A stretch of 64,000 nucleotides of DNA from Candidatus Omnitrophota bacterium (GTDB lineage Bacteria > Omnitrophota > Gorgyraeia > 2-01-FULL-45-10): assembly GCA_041648975.1 (NCBI GenBank), contig JBAZNZ010000001.1:40961-104960 (forward strand). The letters run 5' to 3'. The translations under genes and the position numbers were made by a program. The notes beneath the pieces are model-generated. The model worked only from the letters and a program-made list of their open reading frames with translations. It made no database searches and had not been told where the DNA came from. Shown here in pieces: positions 35,728 through 45,358 of this stretch (the stretch's first letter is position 1; the number at the start of each line of letters is the position of its first letter).

Positions 35728-37191
35728 ATGCTTATCGCTTCGATAGTAATTATACCTGTGATCTTATTGATCCTCTCTCCGCTTGTAAAGAAGGTGAAGT
35801 TGTTGGGGGTCATAAACGCTTCAGGTTACCTGGTTTTGCTTGCAGCTTGCGTCTTCTTCTTAAAGGATTTTTCGGCTGCAGGGAGCGCCGCTGTAAGCCT
35901 ATGGGGATGGGTCTACATCGATTCTTTAAGCGTCTTCTTCCTGTTTACTACGGCAATAGTAAGTTTTGCCGCGGCCGTATATTCTATCGGTTATATCACC
36001 TCGGAGGTGGAGGAAGGGAAGATATCCGCCCACAAGGCATGCGCGTACTATCAATTATTTAACCTCTTTTCACTAACAATGCTTGTCGTCCCGCTTCTGA
36101 ACAACCTTGCGCTTGTGTGGATCGCAATAGAGATGACGACGCTCATATCGGCGTTCCTTGTCGGGTTCCATAACGTGAAGGAGTCGATCGAGGCGGCGTG
36201 GAAATATATCATCATCTGCTCTGTCGGGATCACCTTCGCGCTTTTGGGAATAATATTCTTTTATTACACCTCTTCAAGGGACGCAGGGGTCAAGTCCCTG
36301 GAGTGGGCAAGCATGCTTGCCGGGTCGGGAATGTTCGATCCTAAGATAGTGAAGCTCGCGCTCGTCTTCATCATGGTCGGATATGGCACGAAGGCGGGTT
36401 TTTCGCCGATGCATAACTGGCTACCGGATGCCCACAGCCAGGCTCTTTCTCCTATAAGCGGGTTATTATCCGGGGTGCTTCTCAAGATATCGTTGTACGC
36501 TATATTGCGTTTCGTGATGCTCGCTAACCTCTCGGCAGGATATGCGTACAGCGCGAAGCTGTTTATCCTCTTTGGCATCGTCTCCATGGGTATAGCGGGC
36601 TCCTTTATCCTGGTGCAGAAAGACCTGAAGAGGCTTCTGGCTTATTCGAGCATAGAGAATATAGGGCTCGTATCTTTAGGCCTGGGATTCGGGCCGTTCG
36701 GCGGGATATTCGCCGGCCTCCTCCAGGCATTTAACCACGCCGTGACCAAGGCGCTTATGTTCTTCTCGGCCGGGGAAGCCGTTCGCGCTTACCGCGGTAA
36801 TAATATGAACCAGATGCAGGGCATGATAAGGCTTATGCCTTTCGCGGGGACGGCGCTCTTCCTCGGATTTTTCGCTCTTGTCGGGATGCCGCCTTTCTCC
36901 ATATTTGTAAGCAAATTATCGATACTCATAGCGGCGTTCCAGGGCGGGTATTTTCTCATCGCGAGCCTCGCGCTTATATTTATAGCCCTTGCTTTCGCCG
37001 GGCTTCTCTATCACATATCAAGGATAGCCCTGGGGAATGTGCCCCATACAGCGTGGGCGCAAAAAGAGCCGCTTAGCTCGAAGATAGCCTTACTCTTCTT
37101 AGGTATATTTATCCTGGGATTCGGTTTATATATTCCTCAAACGTTTTTGAACCTGCTTGCCGGCTGCGAGCGGCTTATTTTGGGCAGATAG
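35728..37191 (+). CDS. NuoM/N (HyfF)-type antiporter-like membrane subunit
   Basis: 487 aa, proton-conducting membrane transporter family (WLPDAHSQALSPISGLLSGVLLK). Confidence 0.7.
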   Translation: MLIASIVIIPVILLILSPLVKKVKLLGVINASGYLVLLAACVFFLKDFSAAGSAAVSLWGWVYIDSLSVFFLFTTAIVSFAAAVYSIGYITSEVEEGKISAHKACAYYQLFNLFSLTMLVVPLLNNLALVWIAIEMTTLISAFLVGFHNVKESIEAAWKYIIICSVGITFALLGIIFFYYTSSRDAGVKSLEWASMLAGSGMFDPKIVKLALVFIMVGYGTKAGFSPMHNWLPDAHSQALSPISGLLSGVLLKISLYAILRFVMLANLSAGYAYSAKLFILFGIVSMGIAGSFILVQKDLKRLLAYSSIENIGLVSLGLGFGPFGGIFAGLLQAFNHAVTKALMFFSAGEAVRAYRGNNMNQMQGMIRLMPFAGTALFLGFFALVGMPPFSIFVSKLSILIAAFQGGYFLIASLALIFIALAFAGLLYHISRIALGNVPHTAWAQKEPLSSKIALLFLGIFILGFGLYIPQTFLNLLAGCERLILGR

Positions 37192-38775
37192 ATGGATAAT
37201 ATAAAAATTGTTTCGGATATACTGGCTTCCAAAAAGATCGATGTGACGGATCTGGCTGTTCTGCACCGGAACGAATTGTATATTGCCGTGTCCGGAGAAC
37301 ATTTCGTAAAGGCCTGCAACCTTCTGCATAAGGCCTTAAACTCTCCGGTAATGATGTTATTCGCGGAAGACATGCGGCCGTCGTCGGGCGTATATATGCT
37401 TTATTGCGTATTCTTGAACGTCCATACGCGTTGCTGGATATTTGTGCGGCAGGAGATCGCGCCCGGCGATATGAAGTTCTACTCTCTCGCGAAGGACATA
37501 TACTCCGCCAGCCTTTTTGAACGCGAGGTAAAAGAGATGTTCGGTATTGAGCCGTCAGGCAATCCCGACACCAGGAGGCTCAAGCTTCACAATGAGGTCT
37601 GGCCCGGAGGATATTATCCTCTGCGCAAAGATTTTATCCCTCCCCGGGACGACATTGGCGGGGAGTCGCTCTACCAATTTAAGCGCGTGGAAGGCGAGGG
37701 CGTTTTTGAAGTCCCTGTCGGTCCCGTCCATGCGGGCATAATAGGCCCGGGACATTTCAGGTTCAGCGTGGCGGGCGAGCCCATAATCAATTTGGAGACA
37801 AGGCTTGGCTGGACGCATAGAGGCGTAGAGAAACTGCTCGAAGGCAAAGACCCGCGTGAGGCGGTAAAGATATTCGAATGCGTAAGCGGCGACACGGCGT
37901 TCGGATACAGCCAGGCGTTCTGCCAGAGCGTCGAAAAGGTCCTTGGTTTAGAGATCCCCGATAGGGCGCAAATTATACGCGTATTATGTCTCGAACTCGA
38001 GCGGCTGTACAATCACGCCAATGACATGGGCGGGATCGCCCTCGATGTCGGTTTCAGCTTTCCCGCGCAATTCGCAAGCCTTGTTAAAGAGAATATCCTT
38101 CAGCTTAACCAAAGCCTTAGCCTCTCGCGGTATCTTAAAGGCATTAACGCCATCGGAGGGGTAGAGCAGGACATCGGCCCGGAGAAGATAGCGCTTATTC
38201 AAAAAGCGCTGCCGAATATTCAAAAAGATCTCCTCGCCCTCGAAGAGATGCTCTTCTCCAGCGTATCTTTTATGGACCGGGTAGACACAACCGGGACACT
38301 GCGTGTCACAACGGCGCGCGATCTCGGGGTAACCGGAGTTGCCGCGCGAGCTAGCGGCATAGCGCTCGATATACGAAAGGGTTTTCCCGGCGCGTACGGC
38401 AAATTTTCTTTCAATATCGCAAAAGAACATTCGGGAGATGTGGCCGCACGCCTGAAGGTCAGGTGCATAGAGGCGAAGGAATCGATCAGTCTCGTCCGGC
38501 AGTGCATAGAGAAGCTAGGAAGCTGTGAAGGCTCCCTTAAAGCCGCGGCGCAATATAAGGAAGGCATCGCATTGGGAGTTGTGGAGGCATGGCGCGGCCC
38601 GGTGCTCGTATGGACGCGGCTGAACATCGAAGGCAGGATCGCGCGGTGTAAGATAGTAGATCCTTCTTTCCACAATTGGGAGGGGCTCTCTTACGCCGTC
38701 ATCGGCAATATAATCCCGGATTTCCCGTTGTGCAATAAAAGTTTCGACCTGTCATATTCAGGTAACGACCTATGA
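37192..38775 (+). CDS. fused NuoC-NuoD / HycE-like large subunit LACKING the [NiFe]-binding cysteines (Ehr-like)
   Basis: Strong similarity to HycE (HAGIIGPGHFRF; ...VEKVLGLEIPDRA). The N-terminal RxCGxCxxxH motif is replaced by ECVSGDTAFGY, and the C-terminal DPCxxCxxR motif by DFPLCNKSF, so at most one Cys per motif. Confidence 0.7.
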   Translation: MDNIKIVSDILASKKIDVTDLAVLHRNELYIAVSGEHFVKACNLLHKALNSPVMMLFAEDMRPSSGVYMLYCVFLNVHTRCWIFVRQEIAPGDMKFYSLAKDIYSASLFEREVKEMFGIEPSGNPDTRRLKLHNEVWPGGYYPLRKDFIPPRDDIGGESLYQFKRVEGEGVFEVPVGPVHAGIIGPGHFRFSVAGEPIINLETRLGWTHRGVEKLLEGKDPREAVKIFECVSGDTAFGYSQAFCQSVEKVLGLEIPDRAQIIRVLCLELERLYNHANDMGGIALDVGFSFPAQFASLVKENILQLNQSLSLSRYLKGINAIGGVEQDIGPEKIALIQKALPNIQKDLLALEEMLFSSVSFMDRVDTTGTLRVTTARDLGVTGVAARASGIALDIRKGFPGAYGKFSFNIAKEHSGDVAARLKVRCIEAKESISLVRQCIEKLGSCEGSLKAAAQYKEGIALGVVEAWRGPVLVWTRLNIEGRIARCKIVDPSFHNWEGLSYAVIGNIIPDFPLCNKSFDLSYSGNDL

Positions 38776-39302
38776 GCATAAATATCATTAAGAACAGTTT
38801 TAGAAAAGGGAGAGTCACTATTTCGCTCGACCCAAAGCTTTCGCCTCTGCCTCCCGAGATAGAGAAGATGGGGCCGACGCTTAAGAGGGCGATCCACGCG
38901 AAATTCGGGAGGTCTTTCCATATCCGTGAAGTGGATACAGGCTCCTGCGGCGCATGCGAATCGGAGATAATCGCCTGCTCGAATCCTTTGTATGATATAC
39001 AGCGTTTTGGGATAGATTTTGTCGCTTCCCCCCGCCATGCGGACGCGCTCCTGGTCACGGGTCCGGTCTCAAAAAATATGGAGCTTGCGCTCAAAAAAAC
39101 CTACGACGCGATGCCCGACCCGAAATTCGTGATAAGCCTGGGCGATTGCGCGAAAGACGGGGGACTGTTTAAGGGTTCCTACTATACCTGCGGCGGCGTT
39201 AAGAATGTCCTGCCTGTCGTTTTACACATACCGGGATGTCCGCCGGATCCGGCTACGATAATTAAAACATTATTGGCTTTTCTGTCCCGCCGCAAGCCAT
39301 GA
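38772..39302 (+). CDS. NuoB/HycG-like small subunit retaining 4 Cys for a [4Fe-4S] cluster
   Basis: GSCGACESE, LGDCAKDGG, IPGCPP motifs (group-4 small-subunit pattern GSCNGC...C...GCPP). Confidence 0.7.
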   Translation: MSINIIKNSFRKGRVTISLDPKLSPLPPEIEKMGPTLKRAIHAKFGRSFHIREVDTGSCGACESEIIACSNPLYDIQRFGIDFVASPRHADALLVTGPVSKNMELALKKTYDAMPDPKFVISLGDCAKDGGLFKGSYYTCGGVKNVLPVVLHIPGCPPDPATIIKTLLAFLSRRKP

Positions 39303-39368
39303 AACAAATCAAATCATCCTCTCTAAAAAATACCCTTGCATAATCCGAAAGGTATGATATAATTAGTT

Positions 39369-39442
39369 ATGAACATACGTTCATAATGTAATATATCATC
39401 CAAAATAATTTCTTCGAGTAGCCGACATTTAAATGTCGGCTA
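39369..39442 (+). promoter_or_regulatory. two perfect palindromes upstream of the ars-type cluster (TATGAACATACGTTCATA 39369-39386; TAGCCGACATTTAAATGTCGGCTA 39419-39442)
   Basis: Seen directly. AT-rich cores with no T tract, so candidate operators rather than terminators. Confidence 0.45.
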
Positions 39443-39498
39443 CGACATCAACGAAACACTTTTTACGCTGATATATTACTTCATAACTGAAAGGCGGT

Positions 39499-39804
39499 AT
39501 GCGCCCGAAAAAGACGAGATGGATAAAGTGCCGCCCAGGTGAGAGGTGTTTTAAGCCGATGTGCAAGCCTTTAGGTAAGGTAAAGAGCGTATGCCTTACT
39601 CTGGACGAATTCGAGGCGATACGGCTCTCCGACCTGGAAGGGTTGGAACAGCTTGCCGCGGCCAAACAGTTTAAGATATCGCGTCCGACGTTCTCGAGGA
39701 TATTGTCGGCGGCGCGTAATAAGATAGCTGACGGCCTGGTCAATATCAAGGCGATCAGGATAGAAGGCGGCTGCTGTCAAATCATCAAAGGGAGCGGAAA
39801 GTGA
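39499..39804 (+). CDS. DUF134 (UPF0251) predicted DNA-binding protein
   Basis: 101 aa with the C-terminal sigma70-region-4-like HTH typical of DUF134 (EFEAIRLSDLEGLEQLAAAKQFKISRPTFSRIL). Confidence 0.65.
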   Translation: MRPKKTRWIKCRPGERCFKPMCKPLGKVKSVCLTLDEFEAIRLSDLEGLEQLAAAKQFKISRPTFSRILSAARNKIADGLVNIKAIRIEGGCCQIIKGSGK

Positions 39805-40973
39805 AAGATTGGAAGAAACTTTTATACGTTGTAGCGGCTTTTTTGGCGTGTTTCTACCTGCCGATCGAGAATTTGCGGTTTACCAACGCTATATTTGAAG
39901 CTTTGGCTTTGGTTAAATGGTACGCCCGCGAGCACGTTCTTCTATGCCTCGTGCCGGCGTTCTTTATAGCAGGAGCTATATCGGTATTTGTCAGTCAGGC
40001 TTCCGTCATGAAATATTTTGGAGCCAGGGCGAATAAAATTCTTTCTTACAGCGTGGCTTCCGCGTCGGGAACAATCCTCGCCGTATGTTCCTGCACTGTT
40101 TTGCCTCTATTCTCAGGGATTTATAAAAGAGGGGCAGGGCTTGGCCCTGCGATGGCTTTTCTGTATTCGGGGCCGGCTATAAATGTTTTAGCTATCATTT
40201 TGACCGCACGCATTCTTGGCTGGCAGTTAGGCTTGGCCAGAACCATAGGTGCGGTGCTATTTAGCGTAGTTATCGGCATTCTTATGCACCTTATATTTTT
40301 AAAGGAGGAACGCGCGCGCCATGTTTCCGGAGATCTTCAGTTTGGCGAAGTTAAAACAACAAGGCCGCTTTGGAAAGATATGGTTTATTTCTTCTCTATG
40401 GTCGCAATACTTGTTTTCGCTAATTGGGGGAAGCCTTTAGAGGGTGATACGGGAATATGGAGCGTAATCTACGGCTATAAATGGTGGATAACAGGATTTT
40501 TCTTAGCGGTTTTAACATATACTCTTTTTAGCTGGTTCAAGAAAGATGAGTTAAAAGATTGGACTCAAGCCAGCTGGGGATTCGCTTTACAGATATTACC
40601 GCTGCTTCTGGGAGGCGTTTTAATATCCGGATTCCTTCTGGGCAGAGTTGGTCATGAAGGCATTATTCCTTCCCGTTGGGTGGAGGCGCTGGTTGGAGGA
40701 AATTCTTTAAGAGCGAATTTCTTTTCCTCAATTGTGGCGGCGTTTATGTATTTCGCCACGCTTACCGAGGTGCCTATTTTACAGGGCTTGATCGGGTCCG
40801 GGATGGGTAAAGGGCCCGCCCTGGCGCTTCTACTGGCCGGACCCGCTTTGAGCCTGCCGAGTATGCTGGTTATTCGAGGAGTTATAGGCACAAAGAAAAC
40901 CGTTGTTTATGTCAGTCTCGTTGTGGTTATGGCGACGATAAGCGGCATGATATTTGGAGCGATAGTTAAATGA
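39801..40973 (+). CDS. ArsP-like permease (DUF318/YraQ family), putative organoarsenical efflux
   Basis: Two-repeat permease. AVCSCTVLP resembles the ArsP TPFCSCS motif. Gene context is arsM/acr3/arsC. Confidence 0.5.
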   Translation: MKDWKKLLYVVAAFLACFYLPIENLRFTNAIFEALALVKWYAREHVLLCLVPAFFIAGAISVFVSQASVMKYFGARANKILSYSVASASGTILAVCSCTVLPLFSGIYKRGAGLGPAMAFLYSGPAINVLAIILTARILGWQLGLARTIGAVLFSVVIGILMHLIFLKEERARHVSGDLQFGEVKTTRPLWKDMVYFFSMVAILVFANWGKPLEGDTGIWSVIYGYKWWITGFFLAVLTYTLFSWFKKDELKDWTQASWGFALQILPLLLGGVLISGFLLGRVGHEGIIPSRWVEALVGGNSLRANFFSSIVAAFMYFATLTEVPILQGLIGSGMGKGPALALLLAGPALSLPSMLVIRGVIGTKKTVVYVSLVVVMATISGMIFGAIVK

Positions 40974-41752
40974 GAAACGATGCTGATAAAATTAAAAAGA
41001 TCGTCAGGGATGGCTATGCGAAGGCAGTGACACAGAAGTCTTCATGCTGTTCTACTAAATCTTGTTGCGGAGGCATAGACCAAGCTAAAGATATAAGCAA
41101 GATCGTCGGCTATAGTGATTCAGAAATAAACGCTGTTCCCGAAGGGGCGAATTTAGGCTTTGGGTGCGGTAATCCGGTTGCGCTTGCCTCGTTAAAAGAA
41201 GGCGATGTTGTGCTTGATCTGGGCAGCGGGGCGGGGTTTGACGCATTTTTGGCAGCGCAGAGAGTCGGCAAGACAGGCAGGGTTATCGGCGTTGATATGA
41301 CTCCGGAGATGCTCGCAAAGGCGAAGGAAAATGCGAAGAAAGGTAAGTATACCAACGTGGAGTTTCGCTTAGGTGATATTGAAAAGCTTCCGGTTGAAGA
41401 TGATTCTATCGATGTGATCATTTCAAACTGTGTTATTAACCTCTCGCCTGATAAAGAGGAAGTATTTAAAGACGCTTACAGGGTCTTGAAGGCAGGAGGC
41501 CGATTGATGGTCTCGGATTTGGTGTTAGCAAAAGATCTGCCACAAGAAATCAAGGACTCTGTCGAGGCGTATGTGGGATGCCTTGCCGGAGCCATTAAAA
41601 AAGAGGAATATCTGTGTTGTATTGAACAGGCGGGATTCCAAGATATCAAAATTATAAGCGAATCGAGTTATCCGGTAGATGCCATGTTTGATGATCTTGA
41701 GGCCGCTCAGGACGCGATAGTAAGTGTCAAAGTCGCGGCGGTTAAAAAATAA
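40970..41752 (+). CDS. arsM: arsenite S-adenosylmethionine methyltransferase ArsM
   Basis: Conserved Cys pairs (CCSTKSCCGG) plus SAM motif VLDLGSGAGFDAF. 260 aa. Confidence 0.7.
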   Translation: MRNDADKIKKIVRDGYAKAVTQKSSCCSTKSCCGGIDQAKDISKIVGYSDSEINAVPEGANLGFGCGNPVALASLKEGDVVLDLGSGAGFDAFLAAQRVGKTGRVIGVDMTPEMLAKAKENAKKGKYTNVEFRLGDIEKLPVEDDSIDVIISNCVINLSPDKEEVFKDAYRVLKAGGRLMVSDLVLAKDLPQEIKDSVEAYVGCLAGAIKKEEYLCCIEQAGFQDIKIISESSYPVDAMFDDLEAAQDAIVSVKVAAVKK

Positions 41753-41764
41753 CGGAGGCATAAA

Positions 41765-41998
41765 ATGAAAATCGAAATATTAGGTGTCGGTTGTCCCAAA
41801 TGCAAACAGCTTACCGCTAATGCTGAGGCGGCTGTCAAGGAGCTGAACATTCAGGCGGAGATTGGGAAAATTACGGATATCGACAAGATTACTGAATATG
41901 GAGTGATGATGACTCCGGGCCTTGCGGTCGATGGAACAGTGGTTTCAGCGGGCAAGGTATTGAGCAAAGACGAGATCAAAAAGATTTTATCGAAATAA
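41765..41998 (+). CDS. thioredoxin-family small redox protein (redox-active disulfide protein 2-like)
   Basis: MKIEILGVGCPKCKQL is a CPKC active site in a 77-aa protein. Confidence 0.65.
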   Translation: MKIEILGVGCPKCKQLTANAEAAVKELNIQAEIGKITDIDKITEYGVMMTPGLAVDGTVVSAGKVLSKDEIKKILSK

Positions 41999-42010
41999 GG
42001 GAGGACATTA

Positions 42011-42415
42011 ATGGGCAATTGCATGTGTCAAGAGGCGGGTGTTTTGATATTTCCGTGCTCCGGCGGGTCGGATGTGGGCGAACTGTCTGACCGCGTAGCT
42101 CGCAAGATGGCCAAATGCGGGCAGGCGAAGATGTTTTGTCTGGCTGGTGTTGGGGCGCATATCCCGGGGATGATTGAGTCAACAAAGGCGGCGAATAAAA
42201 TTATCGCTATCGACGGATGTCAGGTTTTATGTTCGAAAAAGATTCTTGAACACGCTGGATTCAATCCAATTTCTTTTAATCTTAAAGAAATGGGATTTGA
42301 GAAAGGCAAGACTCAGATTACTGAGGAAATTATCGAAAAAGCGGCTAATAAAATTTCAGGAGGTAAAAGTGAAGAGACTTCTTCTCGTAATTCTGGCGGC
42401 TGTTGCGGTAATTAG
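42011..42415 (+). CDS. DGC-domain putative metal-binding protein
   Basis: Cys-rich (CMCQ..FPCSGG..AIDGCQVLC). The eponymous DGC motif is present. Confidence 0.5.
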   Translation: MGNCMCQEAGVLIFPCSGGSDVGELSDRVARKMAKCGQAKMFCLAGVGAHIPGMIESTKAANKIIAIDGCQVLCSKKILEHAGFNPISFNLKEMGFEKGKTQITEEIIEKAANKISGGKSEETSSRNSGGCCGN

Positions 42416-42788
42416 CTCCGCGATAGCCTTCGCGGCAGATAGCAATTCAGTGAAAGTCATAGCGTATTATTTTCATGGGTCATTCCGTTGCCCCACGTGT
42501 ATGAATATGGAGAAGTATTCAAGGGAAGCGATTGATTCAAATTTCAAAGACGCTCTTGCTTCAGGCAATCTTGAGTTCAAGGTTGTTGATGTGGAGGAGC
42601 GCGGCAACGAGCATTTCGTGAATGACTATAAGCTATATACCAAAACGCTTATCCTCTCGATGATCAAGGATGGTAAGGAAGTTAAATCAAAAAATCTTGA
42701 TAAGATTTGGGAGCTCGCCCGCAATAAGCAGAAATTCATCGAGTACGTTGCCGGAGAAGTGAACGCTTTTATGAAGGACGCTCGATAA
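42369..42788 (+). CDS. periplasmic thioredoxin-fold protein (CPTC), partner of CcdA
   Basis: GTG start 42369 after AGGAGG. Signal peptide, then YYFHGSFRCPTCMNME. Immediately upstream of a DsbD/CcdA-type membrane protein. Confidence 0.5.
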   Translation: MKRLLLVILAAVAVISSAIAFAADSNSVKVIAYYFHGSFRCPTCMNMEKYSREAIDSNFKDALASGNLEFKVVDVEERGNEHFVNDYKLYTKTLILSMIKDGKEVKSKNLDKIWELARNKQKFIEYVAGEVNAFMKDAR

Positions 42789-43474
42789 TGGAATTATTAA
42801 TCGCTTTCGGTTCGGCATTATGGCTGGGGATATTGACCTCGATCAGCCCTTGTCCTTTGGCCACGAATATCGCGGCGGTGTCGTTTCTTTCAAAGAAGAT
42901 AGCCCATCCATTTATGGTGTTTGTATCCGGGCTCGCCTATACGCTGGGCAGGATGGCTGCTTATGCGGTTCTTGGCTGGATCATTATAAGTTCTCTTTTA
43001 AGCGTGCCGCAGGTGGCTCAGTTTTTGCAGAAATACATGGTTAAGGCTTTAGGCCCTCTACTCATAATCACCGGATTATTTTTGCTGGAAGCGCTTACGA
43101 TAAAATTGCCCGGCGTGGCGTTATCTCAAAAGCATCACAATAAGCTGGTGGAGTCCGGCGCACCGGGGGCTTTTCTTTTGGGCCTTATCTTCGCCCTGGC
43201 GTTTTGTCCGGTTTCAGCGGCGTTATTCTTCGGAAGTCTTATTCCTCTGGCGCTTAATAGTAAGGCGGGAACTTTGCTGCCGTTTATTTACGGTGTAGGG
43301 ACAGGGCTTCCGGTCTTGATATTCGCTATTGCTATTGCATTAGGCGTCACTTCAATGAGCCGCTGGTTTAGTAAGATCACAAAGCTTGAATACTATACCC
43401 GCAGGATCACCGGAGGGATTTTTATTCTTGTCGGGTTGTATTACGCGGGGATTTACATCTGGAAATTGTTTTAA
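42788..43474 (+). CDS. CcdA/DsbD-family transmembrane thiol-disulfide electron transporter
   Basis: SISPCPL and a second Cys in TM helices. 6 TM. Confidence 0.65.
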   Translation: MELLIAFGSALWLGILTSISPCPLATNIAAVSFLSKKIAHPFMVFVSGLAYTLGRMAAYAVLGWIIISSLLSVPQVAQFLQKYMVKALGPLLIITGLFLLEALTIKLPGVALSQKHHNKLVESGAPGAFLLGLIFALAFCPVSAALFFGSLIPLALNSKAGTLLPFIYGVGTGLPVLIFAIAIALGVTSMSRWFSKITKLEYYTRRITGGIFILVGLYYAGIYIWKLF

Positions 43475-43482
43475 GGTAGACG

Positions 43483-44292
43483 GTGGAAATAGACAAAGAT
43501 AAGCGTTACGAAATAATAGTTTTTTCTAATCAAGAGGAAGGCCTGAAGGCCCAAAGGATACTGGTTACAAAAGGCATAGGTTTTAAACATATTTCGACAT
43601 TAGCGGTTGTGGTGCCCGGATCCGAGCGGCAGATGATCTGTAAAACTCTTATCGATGAAGGCGCTTCGATAAGCGGTTATTATGATTTCCTCTACCGTGA
43701 TTATGAAGATGATTTTTTTAGGAAGGCAGAGAGTTACAAGGCATCCGACAAGGGCGGTGAATTTTTAAAGAATATCACATTGTGTTATGTCGCGCCCTGT
43801 ATGGCTGATGAGAAGAAGATACGGCTGATCGCGTATTTTGACCGCAACATAACAGAAATCCTGCCGTATCTGAATGCAGTTATAAAAAGAGCTTCGTATA
43901 ATAAAAACGCTTCTACATTAACCTACGCAAAAGAAAAGCGCCTTATTAATCTATATAATGTTAAGGTAACGATTGCCAAGGCTGACGACATTATTGACGC
44001 ATGGGTTGTGCTGGATGAGATCAAAAGACTTATTAACGATACTTATAGCCAAAAGGACAGCATAAAACCCAGTTATGAAGAAAAGATCAAGGTAACCGCT
44101 CTTCAAATTTACGGCTGGCTCCCGAAGACAAATTGCAGGGCTTGCGGCGAAGCGACGTGTCTTGCTTTTGCGTGCAGGCTTTTACTGGGAGAACAGAAAC
44201 TTTCAAAATGCGTTCCATTGTCAACAGAACAAAAATTTGCGGAGAATAGAGAGATTATGCAAGAGATGGCAGAAGCATTAGGCGTCGCTTGA
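43483..44292 (+). CDS. DUF3343-like N-terminal domain fused to a C-terminal putative Fe-S cluster domain (CX2CX4CX16C)
   Basis: C-terminus [26 protein letters not shown]. The N-terminus resembles the small Se/S-carrier-like DUF3343. Confidence 0.4.
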   Translation: MEIDKDKRYEIIVFSNQEEGLKAQRILVTKGIGFKHISTLAVVVPGSERQMICKTLIDEGASISGYYDFLYRDYEDDFFRKAESYKASDKGGEFLKNITLCYVAPCMADEKKIRLIAYFDRNITEILPYLNAVIKRASYNKNASTLTYAKEKRLINLYNVKVTIAKADDIIDAWVVLDEIKRLINDTYSQKDSIKPSYEEKIKVTALQIYGWLPKTNCRACGEATCLAFACRLLLGEQKLSKCVPLSTEQKFAENREIMQEMAEALGVA

Positions 44293-44311
44293 TAAGGATA
44301 AGGAGGCAGAT

Positions 44312-45358
44312 ATGGGCGAAGGTATTGTTAAAAAACTATCATTCTTGGATAGATTCCTGACTCTATGGATATTTTTAGCTATGGCGACCGGTGTGCTCTG
44401 GGGATATTTCTATCCTTCGGTCGTCGGTTTTTGGAATAAATTCCAAGTCGGAACTACTAATATTCCGATTGCCATAGGACTGATCCTTATGATGTACCCG
44501 CCGCTTGCCAAGGTGCGTTATGAGGACCTTGGAGATGTGCTGCGCGATAAAAAGGTGCTTATTTTATCGCTTATACAGAACTGGATCATCGGTCCTGCGC
44601 TCATGTTTGTCCTGGCAATTATATTCCTCAGGGGATATCCGGAGTATATGGTCGGGCTTATCCTTATCGGCATTGCCAGGTGCATTGCCATGGTGATCGT
44701 TTGGAATGAGCTTGCCAGGGGGGATACGGAATATTGCGCCGGCCTGGTCGCTTTCAATTCTTTTTTTCAGGTAATATTTTATTCAGCGTATGCCTGGTTC
44801 TTCATTACGATCGCCCCTACATGGTTCGGGCTTAAGGGCATGGTTGCGCCGGTATCCATGGCACAGATCGCGCACAGCGTGTTTATTTATTTGGGCATTC
44901 CTTTTATCGCGGGTATGCTGACGCGTTTTGTTGTGATTAAAATAAAAGGTAAAATCTGGCATCATGAAAAATTTATCCCTCGCATCAGCCCTTTGACATT
45001 GATAGCGCTATTATTCACCATAGTCGTTATGTTCTCTATGAAGGGCGAATATATCGTTAAGATACCCCTGGATGTCGTAAGGATCGCGATACCGCTTCTT
45101 ATTTACTTTGTTATTATGTTTATCGTTTCATTCTATATGAGCAGTAAGGCCAGGGCCGGCTACGCCAAGAGCGCGACACTTTCGTTTACTGCGGCAAGTA
45201 ATAACTTTGAGCTTGCGATCGCTGTGGCCGTCGCGGTGTTCGGGATAAATTCAGGGCAGGCGTTTGCCGCGGTCATTGGGCCGCTGGTCGAAGTGCCGGC
45301 GCTCATCGGGTTGGTCAATGTGGCGCTCTATTTCAAAAGGAAGCATTTTGGTGAATAA
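44312..45358 (+). CDS. acr3: ACR3-family arsenite efflux transporter
   Basis: 348-aa, 10-TM BART-superfamily protein with an N-terminus typical of Acr3 ([20 protein letters not shown]). Confidence 0.8.
   Translation: MGEGIVKKLSFLDRFLTLWIFLAMATGVLWGYFYPSVVGFWNKFQVGTTNIPIAIGLILMMYPPLAKVRYEDLGDVLRDKKVLILSLIQNWIIGPALMFVLAIIFLRGYPEYMVGLILIGIARCIAMVIVWNELARGDTEYCAGLVAFNSFFQVIFYSAYAWFFITIAPTWFGLKGMVAPVSMAQIAHSVFIYLGIPFIAGMLTRFVVIKIKGKIWHHEKFIPRISPLTLIALLFTIVVMFSMKGEYIVKIPLDVVRIAIPLLIYFVIMFIVSFYMSSKARAGYAKSATLSFTAASNNFELAIAVAVAVFGINSGQAFAAVIGPLVEVPALIGLVNVALYFKRKHFGE

Noticed and set aside
39419-39442. TAGCCGACATTTAAATGTCGGCTA as an intrinsic terminator of the upstream hydrogenase-like operon
   Set aside because: It has an AT-rich centre and no downstream T tract, and lies 117 bp after the stop. 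A protein-binding palindrome (operator) is more likely, though it is not excluded as a weak terminator.
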